A stretch of 64,000 bases of DNA, taken from positions 1 through 64,000 of the forward strand of contig JAUCBJ010005653.1 of NCBI GenBank assembly GCA_032718475.1, in the 5' to 3' direction. How positions within the stretch are numbered: position 1 is the first letter of the stretch; the number at the start of each line of letters is the position of its first letter. The notes beneath the pieces are model-generated. The model ran no database searches, had not been told where the DNA came from, and worked only from the letters and a program-made list of their open reading frames with translations. This DNA is from Nemertoderma westbladi. Lineage: Eukaryota; Animalia; Xenacoelomorpha. Made by a program: the position numbers and the translations under genes. Below, piece after piece: positions 38,579-52,300 of the stretch.

Positions 38579-40221
38579 CTCGCCCCCTGGGCTACGAGAC
38601 TTTTCGAAACTCTGAAACCCACCGTGTGTGTTCAAGTGGACTGATATCGATCAAAAATTTTCAATGGAATTTGTAGATAACCATTACGCGATCAATAGTG
38701 AGGCTATACTGGCCACTAAGCTCACAGCCATCACATTACATACAACGTATCACAGTGTTAGGGTATAACTTCCCCAAGATCTCCACATTAGCAGCAGTAT
38801 TGAGTAGCACTCCTCGTCTTCGTACAAATGCGAATCACTCGCTGTTTACTGCCCCACACTGCCAAGCAGCCTCAGGAAGCAATGTACTTCCTTGGAATGC
38901 TTCAAACAGGCCAGTTATCTTTTTACCTCTCAGAAATTTACAACAGGTACTATATATTGTGCACAAGGCAAGGGCAAGCCAATATGCAGATTGTTTCAAT
39001 CAGAGTTTGTTCGGGACGTATGGCCATTGTTTATTATCTACCGCAACACAATATACAAGCAATTACTACTGGTTAGAGCTAAGAGACTTTCACATATAAA
39101 TTTCTAATTTCAATTATAATCTAGGCCTATACAGCAATCAGCTTGTCCATTGTAATTTCGTGATGCTACTGTCCTAACTACTTGTATCTGGTTTTCCAAG
39201 TTATCAACTGAAGGTGTAACTATTTTTACCTGTTCCACCATGAAGCTAGTAGAATCTGGTTTGGTTGGTATCAGAATCTATGTTACCTACCTGACATATT
39301 TTATATTAAGCGTCTGTAAGTAAGAAAAATGAAAATCAGACCATTTGAGAACAGGTTGAATTAGCCTAACATACTAGCTATATACTGTTGTTCTATTATA
39401 CTGATGTTTGGAATGTAAACCATTCAGCCAAATAGTATATATTACATAATAACAACATTATGCTTGCTTGAGTACACCAGAACTCCTGACAAGCGGTATG
39501 ACAAGTTCTGATATTGTTAATATGTTTCATTAATTGGTTGGAATTATTTTCCATTTATGTAGAATATATTTTGTGTAGTAAATGTACAGATTGTCTGGAT
39601 GTTCAATAATGATATAATATGGAGAAATTATATTAACTCTGTAGATATCATAAAATGCATAATGAATATATTCGCTTATATAGTTCATGTAAGTTTCAGG
39701 TAAGAGCACATCCCCATCATCATCACCACCAGCAGTGTTTATCATAACTCAGCAATCTGTTTCCAGCTGGTAGGCCGCAAGACCTACCAGCCTACTTACT
39801 TTTGACAGTTTCTTTCATATATCCTTTTGTGATTTCAAAGACAATTCTTTTCAATTGAGGATTTTCATTCATAAACTCGATGAGTCTTTCACTTTCCGGC
39901 CATTCATGGAATGTCAATCCGATGATTGCGAATTATAAAGGTGTTGCAGTGCTTGTAATTCTTTATATTATGGGGGAGCAGATGATTCCTGTAATGCAAT
40001 ATGTAATAATAAACGTTGTACTTGAACAAAGTAAACATTTAACAATTAATTAATTAGTTTTAATCACTTAATATAAACCTCAGTCAGATGAATAAAGTTA
40101 GCTATTCAAGTTGAAGTATATAACGATGTTTGTTTAGCAACTCATCATCAAAGAACTGTAAATGTAAGATAAATAGTTGTTAAGATTTCAACAGCTTGAG
40201 ATTTATTTTTGTTTCTCACAG

Positions 40222-40312
40222 CGACGAGCTGATGTGCTAAACTACAACAATATACCAACGGAGTACCTACCTGATGGAACTGGTCATCTCGTCACACACC
40301 CAATTATTGCAG
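40222..40312 (+). CDS. PTBP1: PTB N-terminal exon ([10 protein letters not shown]...HPIIA)
   Basis: Strong acceptor TTTTGTTTCTCACAG; RRADVL resembles vertebrate (K)RGSDEL; phase 0 to 1; weak donor GTTAAT. Confidence 0.6.
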
Positions 40313-43300
40313 GTTAATAATATTTCTAAGTAAATTACATTTATGTAGTATGTTATTTATTACAGTGCTTTTTATAATATTCGTTTGTAAACAGAGGGGT
40401 CTTGAAGGTCTTACATGGTCATTATTATGCTGGTCTCGCTTGGGTCTTACAACGATAGTATAAAAAGGGAGACAAAACCAACATGAGTGTATCATATCAT
40501 GAGTCTATCAGGTTATGTTCTCATATCATGCAAAATCATCATTGAAAAACAATACTATGTGTCTCTTATATGGGTCTTATATGGTTTCTCACATTTGACA
40601 CTATTTCACACTGGACAAACTTGTCATTTTTTTAGCAGTAAAGAAGTTTTCAAAGCGTTTGTAAACGGATATAATGATGTACAATGGTCTCCAACGTTTA
40701 AACGTGATGATTTAACATTACATAATCTAGTACTTAATTGACAAATTATTTTATGTTTTAGGAATTGCCTCAAATGAAGCCAAAAAGGTAAGCCTGTTAT
40801 AATATATACCTAATGATTGTTTTATTATTATGTCTTAAATCATAAACAAATTATTGTTTTGCGATAGTTTATCATTTGGAAAATCACTACCATAACTTTT
40901 CAAAGCAATGACACTTGCAAACACTTGACGCTAGTCTACAGCTAATAATCGTCTTTCATTGCTGGTGTCTACAAAAATTCCATGCTATTAGTGAGTATTT
41001 TTGACATGCATATTAATAATACAAAGAAGATAACAGAGGAAATCTACTACAGCATGTATCAAAAATGGTGGTCAATAGTTATTTTTTTGTGGTTGCAGAA
41101 GATTATCATTACCGGTAGATAGATGAAGTTAGTTGTTGGTTTCTTTTGTACTGCATCAATCAGCGTAACCAGTGCAACCTACAGGGTAACAGGTGGTTCC
41201 TGGCCTAGCAATTTCCGTGAGCATTATGCTAAGAATAATGAGACAGGGTAGTGACTAGCATTCAAGATTGCGCCTATATAAACCAGGCGCCTATGTATGC
41301 CGGTGTTCTGATGCGGAAGTTGTGTTTCAGTTAGCTTAGGCTGCATATCTCAAAATATTCATTGTGGGGGATCATTGGTCAAGAGGGGAGGCTACTCTAG
41401 TAACCCACTCGGACGTTAATGCACTGACAAAATAATTTATGAATTGATTAGCGTTCTAGACTGTAATTATGTATTGTATGTGTACTACATACTGCACACA
41501 CACTCAGGTTGCAGTAATACAGTATATGTTTGAAATATTGAAGGATTATACAATTGACACTGCATTTAAATTTTCATTTATATCCACCAAAACATTCTTG
41601 ATTATTCAATATATTGAATATTCCTGCATCTGAGAATTACTGCTGTCATGGACAGACCATCTGGTTGATATGGAAAAATGCAGGGTGGCTGAATTGGGCC
41701 TAGAACGATATCAGTCTCAGACCGGTTTATAAAATGTATCTCCTTATTAAGACTTACCATTTCCTAAAGTAAGCCAAGTAGGCTGTGTAGAAAATGACCT
41801 TTTAGTCCAACGCCTTATAATCTTCGATGAAAGTTGAGGTTTGGTATAAAAGGACAGGAGCAAAAAATCCTTATATTTGTTTGAAGATGTGTCTCCGACA
41901 CCGAAGATGTGTCTCCGACACCGAAGATGTGTCTCCGACACCGAAGATGTGTCTCCGACACCGAAGATGTGTCTCCGACACCGAAGATGTGTCTCCGACA
42001 CCGAAGATGTGTCTCCGACACCGAAGATGTGTCTCCGACACCATCATTTTCTTTCAACAATGTCTTACTAATTGTGAAGACAAAATTGTATGCTCCCTTA
42101 TGGAGTTGGTTGACTTCTAGTAAACATTTTTGCATAGACTTTCACCTCATCCAATCAGCAATGTTTGATTTAGTTAGCGAGAAAAATCTCCAAAACAAGA
42201 GTGGGGTGATTATATCTTGAGATATTGAACAAATACTAACTAAACTTAAAAATACAATGCATAATTCACAATTTGTACAATAATTTCTAGATAACTGATT
42301 ACTCCACACTCCTTTTAAATGGTTATTTGGTATGTATAAACAGCGATGTTGTAGTTCAAACGAGGCTGGTGTATCAGTGCAACAACAGTACTATAACTTT
42401 GGGATAAATAAATGAGATACTAACTCCACAAGCAATTAATTATTCAATGTATTTTTTTTTAATCATGATTGTGTTGCACTAAACATCCACTGTCATCAAA
42501 ATTTATAAGTGGTTTGGCCGTGTTCATGTTCATTAGGTGAACCTCATACTGCAGCAGTATCTGCTGCACTTTCGAGGACTTACATGCAGGTTTTAGGTTT
42601 GAAATTTATATTATCAAGTCCGTGTCGAATTTATGTCGAATTTATATTAGTTTGTTAATCGACGGTGCTTAACAATAATAATTGTTATATACTGTAAATA
42701 ATTATATATATGTAGAGGGAAGCTATGCCTCTCAACAGTAGCAGCAACTGTCAGACTTGGTTAATATTAACACATTTATAAATGTCTTTAATTTCGCTAT
42801 CGGTACGCAATGTACAGATGAACCCAATTAAGCGTGACTGTGTGCATGCTAGCGTAGCGCTGTGATATTAGCCTGCCATAGGATCAAGGGGCCCTGTATT
42901 CCCTTACGGTGAGTCTCTGTTTCATTAGTTTGCGTTGGACTTGGTCGCCCATGCGGCCCTTTCCCACATTGCCCGGGACTATGTATTAGCAGCTGGCCAA
43001 CTTCAACAACCACCATTAAAATCGCCTCTCCAGAGGGCACTAAATTTTTATTAAGAAATTGTACCAAAGATCCCCATTAAAATAAGGTTAGGTGTACATA
43101 GTGTTGGAGAGTTTTGTACTCTAGGGTACTGTTGCGTCTGTACCCTAGTACAATATTTGTAGAAAATTAATGTAATAAAAAATTGCGACATTTATTATTA
43201 TTTGCTGAAGAAATACTATCCCAGGCATGGATTGCATAGCATACATCAATACAGCTACCACTAAAATACATTCTGTTTTCTGCGCAAAATTTCTTCAAAT

Positions 43301-46300
43301 ACACTAGTACATGAGTAAGTCAACAGTTTCTCCGTCATGGATACATATATGTGGGTGGATGGGGGGGGTGGGGGGCTGATAGTGTGGTTCTTGTGAATAA
43401 TCTGTAAAATGTGCTATTGACTTTCTATTATATTATATTATTCTTACATATCCAATGAACGTTCAATATCCAATCACATTACAGCCATAGCAGCGTATTG
43501 AAATAAAAACATTAATACACTGAAATTGCACTTAAAATAATAAATATCTAGTAAAAAAAAGTTGAGTGGTAATAGATAACAGAATTGTACATGTACACAG
43601 GCACAAGTGAAGTAATTATATATACGGGAGTAAAATATTAGAGATTAAAAATATTAAAATCATAGTTACTCAACGATCACTCTTTAAACATATTCAAAAT
43701 GTATTACAGATAATCTGTAATCTAAAATCTATTTCTCGATTGTGATAAGCTGACATTCGTTTATTGTTTTGGTTAGAATAACCCGCCACTATTACCTGCT
43801 CCTTTCCAGTAATAGATAATTAACATGGTTAATTCGTCGAGACGATATAATAATTAGCCGAGATAGGATTTCCGTCTTCAAGCCCCCCAAACTGTCTCGA
43901 AGGATATCATTAAATTAAAAGGTCTTACAAGGTTTATAACTAGAATACTGAAATTGCAAGGCTGGCAGTCAAACTATAACCGATTTGCTTATAAAGAATA
44001 CAGAAACACAGAATACAACCTAAAGAATTCTGCCACATTCATCTATCATATTATCTATACCTATAAAAATCAAATTCTCTCTCTCTCTCTCTGTGTTCGA
44101 ACTCCTCCAAAACGGGCAGAGGGATTGCGCTGGGACTTGGCATGTGTGTATAACTTTAACCAGCGGTCGTTATAGGCCACTCTTCGAAAAGTATAATTCA
44201 CGTTCGGTACCGGTACTGGGTACCGGTACGTCAGTAGGCCTATACCGGTATCAGTACGCCAGTAGGCATATGCCGGTAGCGGGAAATACTGGGTAACATG
44301 CCTCGGGTATTGCCTGCTAGTATACCGATAAAATAAACAGGAAAATCTTCAAGCAAGTGAAAGTTAACCCGTAAAGTAATAGTAAATTAATGAGTAAACC
44401 AATAACATAGACTGGGGATAGCGTTTCCTGCTCCTATAAATTGGTAATTAATTACTCTATGGTAATATGGGTCTCTGTGTCCTTATTACCTAGGAGGTGC
44501 AGTTAGTTATGGGCTCTTAACAGAAGAAACCTTTCCTGCAATAATAGTAAACGGTACCGCAAACACTACCAGCATGGTACAAGTGGCCTGCTGATCGTAA
44601 GGGGAAATTCTAACTCACAAGCCATTAGAAGCGAGAGGCATACACTACGTTATGCCTACCTATTGATGATAATGGACATACAACTTCCTATTTGCTGTAA
44701 AAAATTTATCAGGAACCGGTAGTGGACTCACAACAGGTTGCTATGTAACAGAGTACTTTTATCAAATTCTATTTCGTGTAATTTTCTTCTGTAAGTTTTC
44801 CTAATTGTGAAAATAACTTTTTTATGTTAATTTTTGAACAGTTTGTGACTCAAGGAACTATCAATACAGAATTAAATAAAACGCCCTGAACTATCTCCGA
44901 TTCTTAGCACACTTCTGCTTGGCTTGTATTTAAACAACTTCATATGAAATTCGACTCATCTCGCTCATAAATTACCCACGGTAGTGAAAAAAACGTATAG
45001 TATACTACAAAGCCAACTTATATATTATTAGTAATATAAAACCAAGGCTTCACTTGGCTTTGTAAATTTGGAGCGGAAACCGGTATCTTGTAACAATAAG
45101 GCTTTGAAGCAAAAAGTAAAGAGTATATAAACCTGTGGGCTTTGAAGAGAAATCCCTCGGGAAACTAGACATCCATCATTTAGCCATTCCATCTTGGCAA
45201 CCCATACTTAGGCAGCTGTCCTTCTTTTCATTAGCAATGTGTTTGACAGAAGGAGTAGGTTATTGGAGCTGGTGCGTGTGCAGAGGATGTAGCAACAGCA
45301 ATATTACTTACTGCTCGATAGCTCGGGATTATATTCCTATATACCCATAATATCTACGATTTAACTACACACTTATAATGCGCACAATACCAATATTCTC
45401 ACGCATATTGAACTCCACTCACTGTGTAAGTGTAACGTTTCATGTCTTATATTTAGATATTTGGATGTATTATATTTTGGAAATTAACCTTGCTGTCATT
45501 AAGTTGAGTCTCATTGTAATAAGCTGGGGCCTCTCTACCCTCTACGCAATCGAAATGGAATACGGAAATTCACACAAATAACATCTGATTTTTCAACTGT
45601 AAAAAATTAAACAGGATCCTTTTCTATTGACATTCGTTTATTGTTTCGGTTAGAAATACTAAAAGAGTAGCCTGGTTCCTTCCATTAATTGATATGTAAC
45701 ATTGTTAATTCGCCGAGATGGGATATGAGTCAATAAAAAATCCCCAATATCTTTATTTTACTAAGAGACAATAAAATCCCAAAATGTACAAATTACAAAA
45801 AACGAGTAATTACCTACTTGGGCATGGGCAATGGGCATGGGCGGGCAATACGACCCTAATATGCATCCTATAGGTTGTGTAGCTCTAATAACAACCCAAG
45901 ATAGTGATGACTTTGTACGAAACATATTATTATTATATCATTATGAGAAAATATTTAATAATTAGGAAAATAGATAATGATTTTCTTAGAATATTGTGGT
46001 TTGGAGCAAAAAAAAATTTTTGTTACTGTTATACAATTTAAATAAATTTAAATTGCATTGAAAATTATTCTAAAAATGTTTCAGTAAACTTAAATCCCAA
46101 TCAAACTATAAATCACTCTCCATGCATATCACCATATTGGTAAGGATTCTTTTAGTTCCAGCATTATCAGTAAAAATAAAGAACATTATAAATTATTAGC
46201 GTCGAATCTAATAATATTTTCAGATAAGTTAATACACAGGGGAATAATGTCTGATGCTAAATAAATACTTATTTCCCGATAGGAGACACTTTGCCCTGAA

Positions 46301-49300
46301 TCAAATCATTACGGCTGGAATTACCCCATCCCACTCGCTCTATGGGGACTCAGTAGGCATTCGCATAGCTTCTTTATTACCCACAATAGAATACGATTAT
46401 ATCGTAGCTCGGGTTCATTATAATGTCATAAACAATTAATCGATTAATGAATATTAAAAGAGTTTAAATGACTGTTTATAATAGATTGTTACTGTATATA
46501 TTATCTTTGCATAAATCATCAAAGATTATAGATGTCATATATTCTACAAACTGGCTCTTCGGTGATTGAATTTAAATTGTATCTTACAGTTTAATTTGAT
46601 CGTCAGAATTTTGTTTGATAGAATCTTTGTAAACATGGTAAAATAGTAAGCGGATGAGATAGTAATTAGTGCGTTTTGACACACTTCTTAATGTTGCATC
46701 GTTATGGTTTGGCACGGTTACGGCAATTAAAATTTATATAAATTCAAAATCATAATAAGCTTTTATTGGCCCAGATGAAGTATACAAGATTTCTGTATTT
46801 TAGATTCTGTAGTTGTATTTCAGGTATTTATTTATTTCTCATAGCAGTGTACACATGTGAAGCATACCAAATTTTCACTAAAAGCCCAGGTTACAAAAGG
46901 GCTGAATCTTACCAAAACAATAAATGAATTAGTATATGTACAGGTTATATGGTAGAAATAAGCGCTATAAAACACTTAATAAGGAGAATTTAAAAAAAAT
47001 AAAATTCCATTCGACCGCAAAGTGAAAACCTGGTATTGTTCACATGGGCGCTTATTTTTATTGCTATAATTTTCCATAAAAGGAAGTTACTGTATAAATT
47101 ATATAATTTTTATTTAATAAATTATATATGTGGAATCTAATGTTTTTGCATTATCATGAATAAGATACTCCATTATAATAAATATTGGATGCAAGATGGA
47201 AGATTGTACCCTATTCAATAGTGACTGTACTAATTCCCAAAAACTGTGAATAACGAATCTATTCCGGCATAGGTGGATTGGATATAGCTTAGCAACATCG
47301 TATTCGGCAGACAATAATAATAATAATGTTATATAGCGTTTTCTAAGCTCAGCTTACGTATAGCGCTTTTAATTTTATTACCCCCATCAAAGCTAGGTTC
47401 CCACTGAATCGCTGTGTGTTTGCAGTAAGAACTAACCTCTAAAGTGTCTTTCCTTGACCGTTGTAGGTGAAATTAGACCCGAAACCCATACATCTCGTCA
47501 ATCAAACTCCATCCAAAGTGGTTCATGTTAGAAACATTCCATCAGATGGTACTGAATCAGAAATAGTTTCGCTGGGAATTCCTTTTGGACGGGTAACCAA
47601 TGTTCTAATGCTGAGAGCAAAAAATCAGGTGAGAATTAATTAATCTATACCATTAAAATATTTCAGACCATTAGGAAAATTGTGTAGTAAATCATGATAT
47701 TTGTAACCTGCTTGATATGTTGTATATGTATGAACTCTGTCTCTATACTCAATAATATAATTATAACTCCAGGTAGGCTTACCTTCTACCTTACTACTGA
47801 AACTAAACTGTATGTGACCCTTGCACTGCACAATCACCTTTCCACTGATTCTATGACCAGGCACTATTACCTGACCAATCATGATTCTATGACCAGGCAC
47901 AATTAATTACCTAGCCACTGATTTTAATACATTTGCTCCATATCAATAATTATAGGACCCTTGTAAAATTGTATGGAAAACAGAGCCCTGAACAGATAGG
48001 CCGTAATTAGATGTTTGTACCGTATGCAATATGGGGAATAGAAGCCATAAATCGGACTAAAAGTATCCTAAAACCTCTCCCCAAGAAAGAAGACATCAGT
48101 GTACAAACAAACTATCGTGAAATCAGTCTCCTTGTGGTTGCTGCCGAAATATCCATCAAAATTCATAGAATCTAGTGCTTACAATCGAAACAAATAGATC
48201 AATAGCTCCTCAGATTCTAGCACTACAAAGATTGTTATAAGGAATTATATCAAAGAGACTCCCCGCAGTTCTGACCTTTCTGAACTTCAAGAAAACATTG
48301 GACTTCACCAATAGAGGTAATATTCTGGAAATATTGATTAACAGAAGTAATCGTTGCTGGCATTGCATTGTTATACTTTGACACAGGCACCAGAAACTCT
48401 CACCAGATGGTGAAAAAAAACAAAGATTGAAGCTGCAGATATCCTGCTCAGTTGGGTAAAGATACCGAATTTGAAGATCACTTAGGAATGATCTCGCCCT
48501 GATTACCGGTGGAAACATAACGCCAAGGGTAGTATGTAGAAAATATCTTTTTCAGGTAACCAAAAAGAGTTTAATCGCCAAATATTTCAACCACGTATAA
48601 TGCAATATTATACTTCAGGCCTTCATCAGTGGCTAACACGGCAATGCTACAACTAAAGAACTACCGGCACCAACAGCACTACTATTACTAAAACTACAGC
48701 ACAATATAAAAACACTAATTGCAAATTTGAATATCACATCACCCTGCTTTTTAATACGCTTGCGGTTGAGCGCCGGGCCTGCAATCTATTGGTTGTTGGT
48801 TCAGCTCCGCCAGGGTCCACTCAGCCTTTCATCCACTGGGGTCGATAAAATGAGTACCAGTTAAATAACTGGGAGCAAAACTTGGGATAGGAGTAGCGCC
48901 CACCCCTACCCTCTCGGGTAGCAGCTATCGAAAGAGGAGCCTTCGGGTCGCCTCCGGCTTCGGCCGACTGTTTGCTTTTTTTTTGCATATGAACAATTTC
49001 TACTGAGCAAAGTGGGAATGACTACTAAGGGGGTTGGTTGGATTACTTGTAAATGCTACCAAAACTGATTCATAGTTCTTTTGGAAGAGGTCATGGATAG
49101 AGAGCAGCAGATATGATATTCAAATTAGGAAAGCAAAGACATGGGTACGGTAGTTCATCAAAAATAGATCCCATCTGGAAAAAAGACCTATCCCATCACC
49201 TGAAACCAAGTTCTTTTGAGTCATAGTGGAAAGTGTACTTTTATATGGGCGTGAGCAGGACAGAGACGAAATCACTTGAACAACGAATTGATGATTGTTA

Positions 49301-52300
49301 CACGAGACTACACAAGGGGCAGCACTAACAACTAAAGACAGATGCCGAGCTTTATGGTACAATACCTATTGTATCAATCACTCTCCATGAACGTAGATTA
49401 AGATTCAGTGGGCACTGCTGAAGAAGTAAAGACGAGGTCATACCAGATCTACTTTACTGGCAACTTTCACAAGGTAGGCATTCCCGTAGACAACCAGATA
49501 CGACATACAGTATTATAAACCAACTTGAAAGGGATACTGGACTTTAGGAGATACGAATTATCGTCAAGCATAGAGAATCCGGAGGCATGAAAGGACATAA
49601 TTTCCACTGTCCGAGTTCGCTCGACCTAGTAGTAGTAACACAACTTTCTCAATAATTCTATGACCTTTGAAAAATTACATGACTAATTATATAATATATA
49701 ATCCTTGATTATTATCTTGACCAATGGTTATATAACAATTGCACTATTTTCTGACCACTTATTCTATGACTCCTGTACATTTACCACTCCTCTATGATGA
49801 ACGCCGATTGTTAATTTAGGCGTTTCTGGAATTGGAATCTGAGGACACAGCTGCTTCTATGGTGTCCTACTATTCATATGTGACTCCGCTGATTCGTCAG
49901 AAACCAGTTTATGTTCAATTTTCCACCTACAAAGAACTGAAGACAGAAAATAGTCCACCTCAAGCGGTAGGTCGAGTAAATGTTTGAAAATTATGTCTGT
50001 AATTTTAATGAAATTTGGTTACTTTTACATTTTTAGATAACAATAATTGTCTATCTGAGAAATTATCGCAGTAAGTGCAAACTTTTCTTACAAATCGAGG
50101 GTAATGTCAATAATTCTACAAAAACTAATCAATCTGATATTGATTTCATTAAAACCATGACCTAATAATTTTCAATAATAAGAGAAATGATAGATATTTC
50201 TCATTTGTTGTGTTAGTTTGAATAATAAATGTTAACTTGATATAACTAAATTTATGGAAACTCGATTTTTTCGTCTATCTTGAACAAAGCTATTGAAGGA
50301 AAAATCTAATTGTATTATAACTTGTTGCTCCAGTAACATACTGTACCGGTATACTACCGCTTCTGGCAGTCTGATGTTTGCATGGGGCAGCTAACGTCAT
50401 CGCATAACCGTTTACTTACTTCTGTAGAATGCTGCGGTACAAATAGCATTAGCGGCCCAACCGACCATGCAAGTAATAGCTAGTACCGACAACATTAGCG
50501 CGGGATGTTTAACCGAGGTTGATGAGGTCAGCCATACCTGTGTTTTACGCGCTATTGTGGACAACATGCAGTGCCCTGTAACAATGGATATACTGCATCA
50601 GGTGATTGCTTATGTATATTTATTACGTTCTAGAATCGTAAATATTAATTCGTTTCCCAGGCAACTTGCAGTAATGAACCCTGCGAATCCTGTATACTCC
50701 GGACTATTATTGAGAATTTAATATACCCCGTAACGGTGGAGATTTTACACCAGGTAAAATAAAACACGTAGATTTAGTTGACGTTATACCATCTGAAATG
50801 TTTCAATTTCTTGTTTCCATTCTATTTCAGCACTTTATTGTCTTTAGCGACAGTTGTTATTACTTGGCAATGCGTAATCTTCATTGTTTGTTGTTGTCGA
50901 TAATTCTATTAGCTATATCGATCAACGATGTAAAAAGTATATCTTTATTAGATTACTTTATACGACTTGATTTAAATAGTCATTTCACTTTATGTAATTG
51001 TGTTTTACAATCTCTATGTTCAATAAATGTCTATATCGATACTATAATTGTATAGCATGATGAAAATTTCTTCCTAATTATTATTTATATTCTACAATGT
51101 GACTAGAAAGCCAGCAAGCTGGCTTTAAACGAACCTGCCCCTCAAACCAGTACCGCACTACCCTGAGTGAGCGAAAATGAAAACACGATAATTGCCTGCA
51201 ACTCAACGATAGAAACACCAGCTGCTGGTACTCATGTGGGCCTAATAAGCTACTACTATTTATTGAATGGATAGCCCAAACTGCAGAGAAGTATATTACT
51301 TGCCAAATTGATTACAATCTCACTCTAACCCTGTAACACAGACAGTAATCAAACATCAACTGTAAGTTTGTATAATGTATTACCCCACCAGATGAATACC
51401 TCTTCCCAGTGAATCCTATGACAATAGTCTATAAGGTTACTCACTGCTATGTTAGGTGGGAGGGAATTGATGATACTGAATGAGGAGGGACACAACTAAC
51501 ACTACGTTTGTCTATATGGACGGTCTCCTTACAGCCAGCTGGCTGGCTTTTCTAGTTGAATCATATTATTCCGCAACTAAATAATTTACTCTTTTAGACG
51601 AATTTGTGCGTTTTTTTGCCGGACTAACAAATTTTGGCGACGTTCTGTGCGAGATTGGCGATATTTGAAAAGATTCTGAGGCTCAAATATGTTGCTCAGA
51701 TGACTGAATATCTCAAATAAAAAAGTTGGTGCCTACTCAACGAGTTGAAATCGGTGAAATTCGACTTTAAATTTTCAAAACCGCTATTTTTCAGTGAGCC
51801 CGTGATCGAAACGCCACAAAAAATATAGTCTTGTGCGCAACCAAAATTTATGGAGAGTTTGTTATTAAAATTTTTGCGTACCTGCTTGAGTTTTTGAGAT
51901 ATTGGATGGTTATACATACACACACACACAACCACATCGTGTTTTTAAACGGCTCAACTCTTGACAAGAACTACCCTGGCCTATTAATAGGCAGGTTCGT
52001 TATAAACTAAACAATATAGATCTTATTATTTCTTACATATAATTAATTATTATAGTTGGAAAACAATTCAGATTTGCATACCCGCTAACTCCCACATTAG
52101 CGACCACTGTTATTTAATACATCAAGGAGATGTAAGGGGGAACAGCTATTTGTTTTTCATGTACTAATTAATAATTAATTAGTAAAAGAAAAACAAATAG
52201 CTGATTAAAGGAATACAATTATTGTATTCTTTTGATTTGCCTTTTCACCTCTCATGATCTACTTTGCTTGCCCGCAGTAAACCCTACTCAATCACGGTAG

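Larger units (their letters stand above)
48040..49637 (+). mobile_element. Degraded RTE LINE (family of 1683-3730) carrying nested insertions, in a PTB intron
   Basis: LPKK-D, NYREISL and CTCTCACCAGATGGTGAAA remnants; 3' end CACTGTCCGAGTTCGCTCGACCTAGTAGTAGTA identical to ~3695-3727. Confidence 0.8.

Noticed and set aside
41270-41330. Internal promoter (TATATAAA plus CGGAAGT)
   Set aside because: Such short motifs are expected by chance, and there is no associated first-exon evidence.
41747-42220. Cluster of overlapping ORFs
   Set aside because: Produced by a 20-bp tandem repeat with no stop codons.
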